From positions 46,190,001 through 46,254,000 of the forward strand of contig OZ076411.1 of the NCBI GenBank assembly GCA_964187785.1: DNA of 64,000 nt. Direction: 5' to 3'. Positions 25,701-38,032 of the stretch are shown here, in pieces. The notes beneath the pieces are model-generated. The model saw nothing but the letters and a program-made list of their open reading frames with translations. It was not told the DNA's origin and did no database searches. Positions within the stretch are counted from its first letter, which is position 1. Each line of letters opens with the position of its first letter. Source of the DNA: Amphiscolops sp. MND2022. Lineage: Eukaryota. Both the position numbers and the translations under genes were made by a program.

Positions 25701-26563
25701 TTGCTAACTTCACGTTGTGTGACACTGGAAGCATCATGTTCATAATTCTGCTGTGTTTCGTGGGCCCCGTGCTCCATTTCTGAGGAAGATCCAATTGGGT
25801 TTGGAATGGGGTTCCCTTGCAGAGTTGTGAATAGCCCTGTTGTGCTAGACCTTGTCATTGGAGGATGGAAAGCACTAGCTCTTCCAGGGTTCGTGAAAAA
25901 CTCACTCAGGGGTCTAATTGGTAAAACCATAGGTTGGACACTACTGGGCGGGGTTGCTCTGGTTGCTTCGTTCAGAGGCTTTGAGTGGGACTGGTTATAA
26001 ATAATTGGTTTCCGAGAATTCATTAAAGGTGACATCAAATCGAGGGTATTCGTATTCGATGAATGTTGCTGCGTGTTTGATGACAATTGCTGGTGATAGC
26101 TGTTGGGTCTTGAAGCAGATGAAGCCGATCTAGATACACTGTTGCGACTATTACTCCGAGTTCGGTTGCGGTCAATAGACCCGAAGTATCTCTCATGAAT
26201 AGCCTTGGCTTCAGTCTCTAGCTCAGATTGTCTATCCAAATGGGTGCTACCACTTCCATTGCTAAGCTGCTGAACCCCGGTGTAAGTCTGTGGAATGGGC
26301 ACATAGGCTTTTCCTGCTGAATTAATAAAAACTGTTTCCTTAGCCATTGAGTCGAAGTTGCTGTTGAGACTACTAATATTTTGCTGCCTTGACCGTAAAT
26401 CGTGGTCGAAGCGATTTTGACGGTAAAAGTTGACGTTTCCTGTTGCGTTGCTTATCAAAGGAGTTTGAAGGTGGCCAAATGTTTCTTCGATTGTTCCCAA
26501 GGCCCCGTTGCTCCCTGTGGAAAAGGAGGCGATCGAATACCGGGATTTCGCATGCCCCGACAT
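13499..26563 (-). CDS. NCKAP5: NCKAP5/NCKAP5L-like coiled-coil protein, 11 exons, about 1888 aa
   Basis: Exons 26563-24620, 24054-23987, 23911-23851, 23515-23324, 22896-22648, 18621-18301, 17929-15971, 15541-15416, 15207-14901, 14582-14416, 13771-13499. All introns are GT-AG with matching phases. Recalled NCKAP5 motifs match: ELEEERVLREEAEARV; LEAENKKL...KESYEKCLDEVSQKVSTALTAQK|DLQAEYRRLQDLVKELENEN vs human LEAENSAL...REQYERCLDEVANQVVQALLTQKDLREECVKLKTRVFDLEQQN. Confidence 0.8.
14416..14582 (-). CDS. NCKAP5: NCKAP5-like exon 10
   Basis: acgcag|GA ATG AAG...CAA|gttagc; phases 1 and 0. Confidence 0.7.
14901..15207 (-). CDS. NCKAP5: NCKAP5-like exon 9
   Basis: ttttttcag|CAA...GAC A|gtgagt. Contains the ORF 14872-15147 frame. 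Confidence 0.75.
15416..15541 (-). CDS. NCKAP5: NCKAP5-like exon 8
   Basis: tttttag|TTC...AGC|gttagt; FQVSSMRHPSDVSGGDD..., 42 open codons. Confidence 0.7.
15971..17929 (-). CDS. NCKAP5: NCKAP5-like exon 7 (653 codons, Ser/Pro-rich)
   Basis: tttcgcag|GAA inside the 684-aa ORF. Donor AGA|gttagt gives the phase 0 needed by exon 8. Confidence 0.8.
18301..18621 (-). CDS. NCKAP5: NCKAP5-like exon 6
   Basis: ctacag|GAC...GAT|gtaagt; DLQAEYRRLQDLVKELENENK. Confidence 0.8.
18720..19110. repeat. Intronic copy of the interspersed repeat family also seen at 1-185
   Basis: gaaaaaaagtctcacaatgccgac..gaaagggggg.cctttagtctc.tccgg..atgttacg block is shared with 105-185. Confidence 0.6.
22648..22896 (-). 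CDS. NCKAP5: NCKAP5-like exon 5 (conserved YEKCLDEV motif)
   Basis: attacag|ACG...AAG|gtacac. Confidence 0.85.
23324..23515 (-). CDS. NCKAP5: NCKAP5-like exon 4 (coiled coil)
   Basis: tgcag|AGG...AAG|gttaat; RELIQQELEEERVLREEAEARVRDLIEENESSRGRLQALHTQLSQL. Confidence 0.8.
23851..23911 (-). CDS. NCKAP5: NCKAP5-like exon 3
   Basis: ttttttag|A GAA AGA...TAT|gttcgt; ERQLVQNLQNELRSYSPDDY. Phases 2 and 0 fit the neighbouring exons. Confidence 0.7.
23987..24054 (-). CDS. NCKAP5: NCKAP5-like exon 2 (coiled coil)
   Basis: tttcag|GAG...GAA AA|gtcagt; ELLQNEIEQLTNQLETEQQSAEK. Confidence 0.75.
24620..26563 (-). CDS. NCKAP5: NCKAP5-like exon 1 (648 codons, Ser/Gln/Pro-rich, low complexity)
   Basis: ATG at 26563 (the ORF track start at 26569 is TTG). 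Donor GAG|gtacta, phase 0, joining ELLQNEIEQ. Confidence 0.75.
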
Positions 26564-27263
26564 CTTCAAAGATCGAAACTAAGCCAGTGTAGTTTTGGCA
26601 GTGCACAAACAGCCAGTGGCCATTGTTATAGTATACACAAACTGTTTTAAACAAAAGTATAAGTCAAATATGCAATTAATTTTTTACTCGAGTTCACAAT
26701 TCTTTCATGAGTATAACGTGAACCTTTAGTTTCGGTTTTACACTCAAATAGTTTTCAGTCTGATAATTACGTTCAGATATTTGCATCAAGTTCCAAAGAC
26801 GCTTCGAACTCTTCACAACCGGTTAGATTTGAAGCTAAACAAGTTAAGCTGGTTATAATTGACTCTTCTTTCATAAGCCTGTGGTGTAATTTCAATCATA
26901 AGTTTTAGCAAGTCAAGCACGAAACTATTGTAGTGAGTTTATTTGTGATGCAAAAACTACGGAGCTTTTTGTAATACCAAAGAATAAATAAATGAACTGG
27001 CGATTAATTTTTGTGCAATACGCGAAGTTTCCATTACATGGGAAGTTTCTTTCCAAAGCCTGTCAAATATAAATTTATTCACACCAATTCTCAAACTTGG
27101 TTTTACCCCGAGGTTAACAAATTGAGTTCTATAAAATGTACACTTGCAAGTACACTTTCACAGACCAGAAACTTTGACAAAATAACTAAACCAATTTCCC
27201 AGAAACTTCTATCGACTGTTAAATCGCTTATAGGGTTAGATAACAAAACAATAAAAATGCGGA

Positions 27264-27600
27264 AGGACATTTCAGGCGTAACGACAAAAATATCATAAAC
27301 CCAAGTAGCATTTGTATCATTGATTTCCCAAGAAACGTGCAGAAAGGCTAATTTTGTCACATGAAAACCAGACAGTAAAGATTGAGTTCACATGAATTTC
27401 TAGAGTGTTTTGCTTGAAATCGTTGGAAATTCAGGACATTTCAGGCATAACGACAAAAATATCATAAACCCAAGTAGCATTTGTATCATTGATTTCCCAA
27501 GAAACGTGCAGAAAGGCTAATTTTGTCACATGAAAACCAGACAGTAAAGATTGAGTTCACATGAATTTCTAGAGTGTTTTGCTTGAAATCGTTGGAAATA
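27264..27600. repeat. Near-perfect tandem duplication, period 169 bp
   Basis: aggacatttcaggc...cgttggaaat at 27264-27430 and 27433-27600. Confidence 0.9.
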
Positions 27601-28653
27601 GAAACTTCCCAGCCTATCCGAAGCACTGGGAAATGCCATGATTACGTGAAATGCTGAAATAGTTTTTGTGATTGAGTGAACAGTGCTAGAAACCCTCTCC
27701 ACCAAAAAAATGACGAAGCGAAATTCTATAGCGCTAAAAACAGTTTTCAAGCTAGAGGTTAAGTCGAATTTCTGAGGTCTGAGACAATATTTGAGAAGCA
27801 GAAGTACATGGGTTCAAGTCTCCCACTAAAACCCACATTCTTCTATGCTGGCAAAAGTAAAACGGAGATCAATGGTTTTTGTTTTTTTCGGACTTGGGAG
27901 ACTTTTTTATGGTATTTTTTAAAACCCAAACCCTCCCTCGATTGAAACTTTTTATCAGAAACAAAACGTTTTGTGAGCATAGAACGCCACTATGCGACTA
28001 ACAGAAGAATTTTTTAATTACCAAAAAGTCTTCCGAAAACTTTTTGAAACAGTTTCTTTTTTTGAGGTTTTGTGGGAAAGAAGAACCGTTTTTCCGAGAA
28101 AAATGCCTACAGTTTTTTTTCGGCACTATGTAACTTTGTTTGCAAAAAATTTTCGATCGATTAAAACGTACCCCCTTCAGTTTCATAAATGTTTTTGACT
28201 GTTTTGCGAGCTGAAGCTCCTTTCTCGGCGCCTATGACTTTCTCGGAAAAAAAATCTTCGAAAAAAATTAAATTCTAAAAAATTGATTGTTTTTTAAACG
28301 ATTCTTGTTGGGTACATTTTTCGGCTTTGTAAATTTGATAACAGTTTCACAAGTGTCCCTTTGCAACTTTAAAAAAACTGTCTTTTTAACCTTGAGCGGG
28401 CCGTTTAGTCGTCGAATCTAGAAGTATCTCGAATAAATCAGTTGTCACGACTGTTTCCAATGTTAGTGAATTCTTTTAAGATATTGCGCGCCAGTTGGTT
28501 TCAATTAGGATAGTTGCAGTTTTACTAAAGATATTTTATTTTCCAAGATCAAGATATGTATTATCGCCAGGTATATCCATCAGTTTAATGCCTTGCCCCT
28601 CGAAAACTCTTTTAGTTGTCACGTTTGATTAAAAGAATAGTTGTCTGAATAGT

Positions 28654-29227
28654 TGTCATGAGTACTTTCTAGGTCTTCATTTCTGTTAGGAAACCTGTGA
28701 TACTCATCTCTGGAGTCGCTCATAAACCTACGGTCCAGAGCTTCTTCAGATCTAAATTCAGGTCTTCTACCCGTGTCTTCCCACCTCCCTTGGGGGATAT
28801 GTCCTTCTCCGGATTTCAGAGTGGCCTTTATTTGAGGCAGTATTTGATCACTAATTGCCTCATTTATGGCTCTCTGAATCTGAGAACTTACTGTGCTCAT
28901 GAAATCACTCGATTCCCTGGTGATTCTCTGATTCAGCTCTCCTGACAGCCTATTAAACTCACTGCCTGAATCTGCTTCTCTCGAACTTCGTCCATTCTGG
29001 GCGTAAATCCTAATTTCTGTTTCATCAGAATTAGGATGAGAATTGCTATTTTGATTCAGTAACGTGTCGTAACTGGGATTTTCAGGCCTTCTGCCATACT
29101 TACTAACTTCACTCTCTTCCCTTTCTGAGTGATTTCCACCTGACATCAAATCTACGTTTTCTATGTAAGACAACATGTTTACTTCCCTAGACTTTCTTGC
29201 TTTCTTCTGCTTTCTCGTAGTAGGTAT
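28654..29227 (-). pseudogene. gag: LTR-encoded gag N-terminal segment (191 codons plus 1 nt)
   Basis: Part of ORF 28619-29248. Homologous to 8995-9544. Ends GAC A| at the LTR edge, the phase that forms ATG when followed by a TGG PBS. Confidence 0.65.
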
Positions 29228-30309
29228 CAAGAAACCCGGTAGTAACAAATGATTTCTTTTATCGGAAAGTTATATTTTATTCAACAATTTAAACACTCTC
29301 AAGTTCGTAGGAAACTTTGTCAAGCTCAAGGAGTCGAAGGTATATATACTCCTTGAGGAATGACAATCACATTTTTTACATATCATGAGATCAAAATTTT
29401 AACAAACATCAAATTCCATTATCACAAGCATAATATATATCAAATGAGTGAAGGAATGCGAACGGTTATGTATACAAACAACGCAAAATGTTTGCGTATC
29501 AATATCAAACAACATCAGCACATCAAAGCTCTACCGATTTTAAACATCCCAAGAATGCATTCCTTAGCAGGCACGTGCCCACACGAGTGGTCAGGGGATT
29601 ATCTAAACCATCATGACTTCACAGTATCATGTTGTAAAATATTACATGAAAAACACGTAATATTTATACAACAAAGACTTACAAAATAATTTATCACAAT
29701 TAGGCATCAATCAATAGCAACTAACTTTCGCAAGAGTAATGGTTGACCATGAAAAATACCAAAATCTTTAAAAATAGCAATTGCAAAGGTGATTAGTATT
29801 ACTGCAGCATATTACAAGAAATAACCGCAACAGGCTAATTGAACAGCCATTATTCTTTCTATGTATTGCACAACAGCGTCAAAAGGTTTTACTCGGCCAT
29901 TAGTATTAAAGTATACAATTAACAAAACCAGTTGTGAAACGTGATCGGTTCAAACGACGTGCGCAAGTAATGTCGCCGGAATAGCACGTTGTCTCATTTG
30001 AACTCGTTTCCTTTACCGTTGATCAGTTTTATTCAGTATACTTTTGCATCATATATTTATCACTGCTTTGCCAGTTTAAACCTCAGCTTGAATATTTCCA
30101 TTTGAAACTTAACAGACTAATAACAAAACACTCTCGAATATGTTGTTTTTACAAAAGAGTAAAATAAGATATAAAATAAGATAGGCCCTAGTTTAGCTGA
30201 GTGTTTGTCAGTTTCCAACGTTAGAAAGTCGGCAGCGTGCTGGGTGCAATTTCCTGTCCTTCAGCCGTAGTTGTTATTGTCGTACCGTCACAGGCGGCAG
30301 CCTGCGACA
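28654..30309 (-). mobile_element. Solo LTR (1656 bp) of a Ty3/gypsy family carrying the gag N-terminus
   Basis: TGTC...GACA termini and a perfect 5-bp TSD atagt (28649-28653, 30310-30314). The ORF (I)PTTRKQKKARKSRE...NEDLESTHD runs to the terminus. Confidence 0.85.
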
Positions 30310-32972
30310 ATAGTTGTAGGAATAGTTGTATGAAAACAGCAGTGTCAATTTGATAATCAGACAGTTGTCCCTCAATATTCTGTATACCAAAACATCTACA
30401 TGTTTCTGAGTCAGAAGTGCCTTTTTTCAGCCATTTGGGTACAAGGTGACTCGATGAATGGAAAACCCCATACCCTATATTCTTTGCCTATGATCAGTAG
30501 CCGTCAATGAAGGTAATAGTTTCATTTCACGTGTCAAAACGCGTAAATTACAATAAGAGTACAGAACACACATGAACGCAAACAGAGTTCCTGCTACAAC
30601 ACAAAGCACCAAAGAAATGATTGAACTGAGGAACGAAGTGTGCTCACTAGAACAACAAATAACTTTACAGGAACGGAATTCGTCCGGAGATTCATTGATT
30701 TTTGAGAGTTTAACATAGGACGGTTTGCAGTTTTTACCTGAATTTGATACCAGCTTCCTCGGTGAGTACCTGAATTTTCAAACAAATTAAAAACCTGCCA
30801 TGTTCTCGGGCGCGGGCAATTGAACTACCCTCCTTGCAGTCATTGTTAAACTTAACTACTCCGATGAAACAATGAACATTATGGCAGAAGAAAATATTGA
30901 TTGGTGTGAAAAACTGGATGAATGGAAAACAAATATTCATAAAGAAGTGTTCCACCAAAGGAAAAAGAGTTACAAGTATATGTAAAAGTACAAAATTTGG
31001 TGATCGATCACAAAACTGTCAGGTTCAATTATTGGTTTAAAAAGATGTAATTCGCAAGAAAATTGATGATGATTGTCTACCAATTGCCTAATTGCGGTTA
31101 AAAAGAAACTGAAGGTATTTCCAGTAGCAAGAAACAATGGTGATGAAAGAACCCCACAGACCAATGATTCAAAATGAATTTAAAAGTTGGCTACGAGTAA
31201 CACGACATAGGAAAAACTATTAGTCGCTGACAAAATAGTTGAAATTTGTAGTCCAGATGCTAAGGGACACGACCTAGGATCATATCCATCATCATTGACG
31301 TAAAGAGAATGCCAGTCAAATTTGAGTTTAAAATATTTGAAAACTGAACGTTCAATTTAAACAACCTTTTTACACTGGCATTCACCTATACTATTATCAA
31401 CAATCAAAAACTCAACTGTGTAGTAGGGACTTTCACAATTTTGTATAATGACATAAGGCTAGTATCAGCAAACTTGGAACCTAGAACTTTTGGTGTCTAA
31501 ATTAAAGCCATCAGTCGGCTAGAAAAAACTGGTCAATTTCATTACAAGTGAATACGAATTGAGTACTAGATGTGAAATCTCTACCACACACACAATAACA
31601 ATTATCTTTGTTCCAACGACAGGGATCCCTCTTGAAAAGCGAAGTGATGTTAGGATCCTTTTCAGACTGCCTTGTAAATTCGTTTTGTTTAATTTAATAT
31701 ATTGTCTGTTAATTATGCCCTCTGATAAATTCAATTGTTATTATTATTTTTATTTATTTTAGACCTGCTTTCGTTTTTTTGTCACGTTTTTCCACATGGC
31801 GATTCGGAAAAGCTCAAAATCTTGGAACGTCTATGTGCCAAACAAGTTAGGTTGGTATATATCCCGAAATGTATCATCTTTTCAATACCAATTATTTTTC
31901 AATAAGTATTTTGTTCACTTTGATGTTTCAATCCAAGGTTTGAAAATTCATTAGCGAACGGAAGCTTGAAAAAGTTTTTAAAGTGTAAAACTCTCTTGCA
32001 TAAAATGCTTTACACGATTCGTTTTTCATGATAGGCATTGTAGTAACTGAGCAACGTTTCTTTAAACGAAATCAAAAGGCCTTCAATAGTTTGAAGCTTA
32101 TATGATTGTCTAACTCTTTGCATATTTTTAAACGTCACTAAAATGCCCCCAAACAATACGGAAAAAGCCAAAAAGTCCATAATTATCCACTTTCGAACAT
32201 ATTTTTTCAAGAATTTGTGATTCATATTTTACAAACTGCTGAAGGTAAAAACCACATTTCTGGGACGAAACACTGAGCTACCAAACTTCTTTCCTGTTTG
32301 TTCAATCAAGATCAATTTTAGACAATGTTAACATTTTTTGTAAAATTTTTAAAAATTTGAAAAACAACAGAGACAAAAAAATGTTCGTTCGAACAAAGTG
32401 GCTGAATGAAAAAGAAGTTTTTACATTTTGAAGACATGAAAAACCCCAAGAAGAGCACAGAAAACGGAAAATCAATTCTCAATTTTTTTACTTGTTGTGC
32501 AGTATTTTTACTGACTTTACAAAGAATGTTTTTTTACGAAAAAAATCTCTTTCTTTTCATCTTTTTCAAGTAAAGAAGGCTGCGCAACAGAACGTTTCAA
32601 TTCTTCATGTTTTGGCTGTTTGTTGCAAACTTGAAACATTTTTTGTGTATTTGATCAGTTTTGATGGGATGAATACTAATCCTAAGCTGAAACAAATAGC
32701 CAATCGTCATGCCCTTGTGGAGAAAAAATTGAAATTTGTATCTGTTAAACCTGAAGATAACTCAATTGGAAACATTGATGTTTTGCAATCTTTCAACTGT
32801 ACCTTACTGTTAGACCAAATGGCAAATGACTTTCTCTTGAGTCTGGGCGAATACGGTTATGTTAGCAAACAACCTGCTAATCTCTTTTGTCACTTATTGA
32901 GGTTAAATAGTGACAGCGGCAAACGCTCTGCTACAGTTTCCAAACAATTGGCTAAAAACAAAGAAGTGTCTT

Positions 32973-33161
32973 TGTTAACGATATCTTCAACTTGGCAAAA
33001 CGATGTATGATGGCAAACCTAAGTGAATTGACAGTATCACAATTTGTGGCGTGAATGAACTATTAATCTTTTTCTCACGCTCCTGCGTTGGCTGGTACTT
33101 CTGTAAATATTGCATAATGATGTTACTATTTTATCTCATGTTAATATACAGATCTACCACA
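32973..33161 (-). repeat. 3' LTR (189 bp)
   Basis: Direct repeat of 38033-38221, preceded on the minus strand by a PPT. Confidence 0.95.
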
Positions 33162-33173
33162 TTCCCTTTTTTT
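33162..33173 (-). promoter_or_regulatory. Polypurine tract
   Basis: AAAAAAAGGGAA immediately before TGTGGTAG. Confidence 0.9.
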
Positions 33174-33480
33174 ATTAAATAACTAGAAATTAACTTGTGT
33201 GGGTTTATGCAATGTCACTGTCACTCAATTTACATCACGGTTTAGTAAAATTAATAACACAAACTAAAATGCTGAGTAGCTCACCAATTAGCTAAAGTTA
33301 AGTAATGGATCAACAGTTGAAATGAGTTTTTCACAGGGTGGTTGTTTTTTCGGTTTTAGCTTCTTCTTCAGGCCTTTCTTTGTTTACGGAACAGATCATC
33401 ACGTTTTGTCCCAGCCATTCTGGTCTTTTGATCAGCCGTCTCGATCGCGCTTTCTTCTTTGAAGTTTCGAAACTTGCTTC

Positions 33481-34800
33481 TCATCGGATTGGCCATTTTT
33501 CATTTACCTCTCCTTCTTCTTCCGATTGTCCATATCCAATTGTTTCGGATTCAGACCGTGTTGTTCCAGTCACTTCGCCTTCTTCGGCTTCTGTACCTTC
33601 GGTGGTTTGTTCTGGGTGTTCTGCGGTTTCTTCTGTTTCCAGAGTTCGGTCTGTTTGTGGCTCTTGGTTCTTTTCTTCCTGTTCGTGGATGGCTTCTCCC
33701 CCACTTTCGTTTGTTTCTTCTTCCGTGGACGTTGAGGCTACAAGGACAGTTCTTTTCTTTCCGACTGGTTTGAGTTCGACTGGCGTTTTGCTGCACTGTG
33801 GCAATTCTTCTTCGCTTGACGTTCTTTCCAGGATTGGCTCTTTTTCAGCTTTTAGTCTTTTAAGCGTCACATTCCTTTCGGATAGCGTGACCATCTTCCC
33901 TTTGTTTGTCAAAATAATGATGGTGTGCTTTGATTCTGCTACTATTTTGGCCTTTCGTTTTGCGGATGTTGCTTCTAGTTTTGACCCACGGATTCTTTTT
34001 CGGATCAACACTGTTGAGTCCATATCAGAGCTAAAGTCTTCTTCGTCGATTTGGAGATTTGCCTCTCTTTCTGTATTGAAATCGTTTACCATTGCCGTTT
34101 TTGGGGTATTGGGTTTTTGTTTCTTATGGCGCTCAAATGCCGACTTCCCATCTTTTCCAATCTCTGTTCTTAACGCGAAAAGGATTCTCGACAAATTTCT
34201 GTTTTTTCTTTCTAGCACCACCCTGTTATCCACTCGAAGTCTTTCGTTAATAGTTCTAATCATCCTTTCAACCTTGCCATTTCCCCTATGGTCCTTTATT
34301 GGGCAAATTTTATGCTTTATGCTCTCTACAAAAGTGTCTAAATTTTTCACGTTTAAACACTGTGCCCGGGTCGGTTCGTATACGTTGTGGGATTCCATGT
34401 TATGCTATATATTCCGCTAAAAATTCTAAAACACGTTCCGTAGTAGGATTTGTTAAAAATAGCGCCTCAGGCCATCCTGAGTTATTGTCTACCGAAACTA
34501 ACGTGTAATTCTCTTCCTTTGGCGCGTTTTGAAATAGAACCCGAAGTCTAATGAAATTTCCTCGTTTGGCTTTTCAGCCTTAGGTATCGTTCCGAACTCT
34601 TTTTGGCTTTTGAGACTTTTAGGTTCTTACCTGCCTTCATACACTCTGTGAATTGTTGGCTTTTTCCACTATTTCTCTGTGGATTTTAGGCCACCACACG
34701 TCTGCTGCCTCTCTCAACATGACATCTCTGCCCGCATGGCCAAAATGAATTGCAGTGAGCATATTCTCCCTCATGTCTTTCGGGATCACCAGCCGTCGTC
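33481..34800 (-). pseudogene. pol: Integrase, disrupted, with an acidic C-terminal tail
   Basis: DHRGNGKVERMIRTI motif. LETDNNSGWPEA region and the H-x-G/C-x2-C zinc-binding region are frameshifted. Confidence 0.85.
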
Positions 34801-35333
34801 TAAGTAAAGATACTGTTGGAATATAAGCTCAGCGAATTAAACTTTTCCCTCCAGGGGGACGGAAGACGAGCAATTTGAGAAAAATCCCGATTTTGGATTA
34901 TTCGAATAACTTTTTGTAATTGTTTGTCCTTTTCATAATTGGCCTGGACGTAAACTTTGCTGATTCTAGAATTAGCAGCCATTAATTCGTTTTGAATGTA
35001 ATTGTTTGTTTTACCACTCTTGTTTGTTTTGGCAGTTAGAAGCGCAATGCCGTTTTGCTCCGATACCGTAAATACTTTCGTTCTCGCTTCTGATTGGCTA
35101 ATTGGTTCGCTAATGAAATTTGTCGCTTTCTCGCCTTTTGCCAAAGTGGCTTCCTCCAAATCATTTGCAAATTCATTTACAACGTTGATTGTAAACCAAT
35201 CATTGAACATTTGTTCAACTTTGATTACCGCGCCACTGTATGGGGATGGGTGACGTGATAAATAATCCACCATTCCTAGCGTTCTGCTGGGTGTATGTAC
35301 AACAGTAAAATCAAATGGGAGTAATCCATCTAC

Positions 35334-35900
35334 TCATCTTGTTAATCGGCTAGAGAATGTTTTGTTAGGTTTATTGCCTTTCAGTACACTTTTTACCGCT
35401 TTGTGGTCGGATACTATTTCAAATTCGAATCCGTAAACATAATTTTTGATATGTTCAATAGACCAAACTACCGCTAGTAGTTCTAATTCGTTGATTGAGT
35501 ATTTCGCTTCAAACTTGGTGAAAAATCTGTATGCGTACGCAATTTGTTTCCAACTATTTTCTTCGTTTTGCCGTAACACCGCTCCTAATCCTTGATTACT
35601 TGCATCACAGATAATTCGCAACGTACAGTTTCGTTTAAAATGGGTCAATTCTACTACTTTTTTCACGAGAATATTAATTCGTTCAAATGCTCTCTCATGG
35701 TCTGACGACCACTTCCATTCCACATCTTTCTTTAAGATATTTCTGAACGGGAAGCATTCCGTTGCCAAATCCGGAACAAATTTGTTTAACTGGTTAACGG
35801 CATCTAAATACGACCTTAATTCCTTTAAATTCGATGGTCTTAACCTTTCTGTAATGCCTTGTAATTTGTTGTTTACTGGCGGTACCCCTGAATTTGTCAA
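35334..35900 (-). pseudogene. pol: RT connection and RNase H
   Basis: IICDASNQGLGAVL, YSINELELLAVVW, IVSDHKA. Confidence 0.9.
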
Positions 35901-35927
35901 TTTAGATCCAAGCCATTCAATTTGATT

Positions 35928-36515
35928 TTATGCGATTTTGCATTTATCTGCTTTAATTTGCAAATTTGCCAGATCTAATACCTTGAATATTTTCCGCACT
36001 TTTGTCATGTGTTCATTCTTTGTTCCTTTTGTTACAATTAATATATCGTCATTAAAAACAAACACTTCTCTAAATCTAACTAAGAGGTTCCCCATAATTT
36101 TTTGAAACTCTGTCGGCGTTACCGTCAGACCATAAAAACCTGTTACAAATCGATACGTGCCCGTTGATTCACCGCCGATGATTTGACAATTGTAATGTTT
36201 TGCCGTTTGTGCATGTAGAGGAACTTGACCGTATGCGTACGTTGAATCTACTGACGAGTACCAAACTTCTCCATTTGAGTTATCTAATCTTTCTGAGATC
36301 ATCTCAATTAAACTTTCCAGATTGGGCATTTGGTATTTATCTTTGTCAATGGCTTTTTTCAGTGCTCTGGCGTCTAATGCTATTTTTACTGATCGGTCGT
36401 TCCTTACCGTTGTGACCGTTGGCTGAATGAAAAAGTCGTTCTTAATTTCGTCTACTCTTTCGAAATGACCTTCTTTCAACAATCTTTTATTTTTCGAGTC
36501 TACTGCTTTCTGCAT
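35928..36515 (-). pseudogene. pol: Reverse transcriptase
   Basis: IALDARALKKAI..YQMPNLE, VDSTYAYGQ, YGLTVTPTEFQ, FNDDILI. Confidence 0.9.
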
Positions 36516-36741
36516 TTAAAGTGGTATTCTTCTTCCTTTTTGTTGAGAAATAGAAGCATCTTCTTTCATTTTTATTTTTTATTTTGTGGTCTTTCTTTTT
36601 TCCATTTCTTGAAAATAGATTCGGAAGTTCATTTACCAAAGCCTTTGTTTCCTGACTTAGTTTTTCTCCCTCCTTTTCAATTACAATAATGACGGACTCA
36701 CCCACTGAATTTTGTATCATCTTGAACTTCCCAGTCGACAA

Positions 36742-37113
36742 CTACTCCCTGCCCACTATTGATTTCATTCCTTCTTTTGCCAGTAGAATGCTTGCTTTCT
36801 TTATAAATTTCTCACCGACTTGTAGCTGACAGAACACGTAGCCCAGGAGTTTTAATGGTTTTTTGTTGAAGTCTACATTATTCTCTTCTTCAACCATTGG
36901 CCTTACTTGAAGATCTGCTCTGCGCATAATTCTTTTAATTTCATTAATTGCAAAGATAGTAACAGGTGAGCCAGTGTCTATCATTGTTTTAAACCGAAAG
37001 CCATTGATCCACCCTTCCATATAGTAGGGCTCTATGTTGTTGGTTCCTTCCGATTCCACATTTAGCACCATTTCGTCACTATCTGAATCTTGAGCTTCTT
37101 CGTAATAATCCAC
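36742..37113 (-). pseudogene. pol: Retropepsin aspartic protease
   Basis: FKTMIDTGSPVT and SIVGRE motifs. Confidence 0.85.
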
Positions 37114-37155
37114 TCTCTGGACTCTTTTGGCATTTTGGAATTTTCTGACAAAATT

Positions 37156-38032
37156 CTATGGAAAGGCAATTTGCTTCAATCTGTCCTTCTGTTTGGAATT
37201 GCAGGATTTCTCGAAGTGTCCTTTAATACCACAGTAGTTGCAATTTGTTTCAGGTGCTTTACAGGCTTTCAAGTGCGCCGCCGTGAAACTTCCTGCTCCA
37301 CATCTCCAGCATTCCTTTTTATCCTTGTGCCCAGCAACCATGAATACCGGTTCTTCTTTGACTTTTGTAGACGTACACGGTTGGCCTATCGTTTTCTGTC
37401 TTCTATTTCCTTCTTCCAATGCGATGGCAGATTGGAGCGCCGCCATTGGGTCTTCTTTTGGCTCAGTACAAAGCCTCTCTTGGACCTGCTTATTAGACAT
37501 ATTCAGCACAAACATGTCATAAACCAGGCTCTGCGTTTCCTCCCCAAAGTCGCATTTTGCAGCAAGGCCATTTAAATTATTCCAGATCTGATGGAGTGAT
37601 TCTGCTGGTTACTGTATTCTTGAGAAGAACGCGTGTCTATCCAAGGTACGATTTCGTTTTACTTCGAAGCATTCTGCACATCTTCCAGTATTATGGCGAG
37701 GTCGATTACAAATGTGTTTGTATGGGGAAATTTGTCAGTTAGCATTTTTCTGCCAGTTTTTCCAATTGACAGATAAAGTAAACTCACCACTTTCTTTGCA
37801 ACAGTTGCAACCGTAAGGTTTCCAAGTAACGCAGGAATTGATGGATCTTGCTCGGTTGGGTTCTTTAATACCTCCGAGATTGAAAGTGAGTGTCTGGCTA
37901 ATACCGCCATTTCGAACAATCGTGCCCAATTGGCCCTTTCTGTTGTAGGTGTCTTTTCGGCGTCCTGCCAGAAATATGACAAACCCGGAAGAGAAGAAGG
38001 TGCGTCGTCAGTATCATTGACTCGCAGTGCCA
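37156..38032 (-). pseudogene. gag: Gag with zinc knuckles, frameshifted
   Basis: MALRVND...FWQDAEKTP..W..LFEMAVLARH; CWRCG...H...C and CNYCGIKGHFEKSC. Confidence 0.85.
38021..38032 (-). promoter_or_regulatory. Primer-binding site TGGCACTGCGAG (tRNA-Ser-like by acceptor stem)
   Basis: TGG directly after the LTR terminus ...TTAACA. The tRNA identity is inferred. Confidence 0.75.

Noticed and set aside
30400-31800. Fragmentary ORF-like stretches
   Set aside because: Many stops and no recognisable motifs, so no feature is supportable.
33338-34420. 360-aa plus-strand ORF
   Set aside because: Ser/Phe/Leu-rich antisense shadow of the integrase tail.
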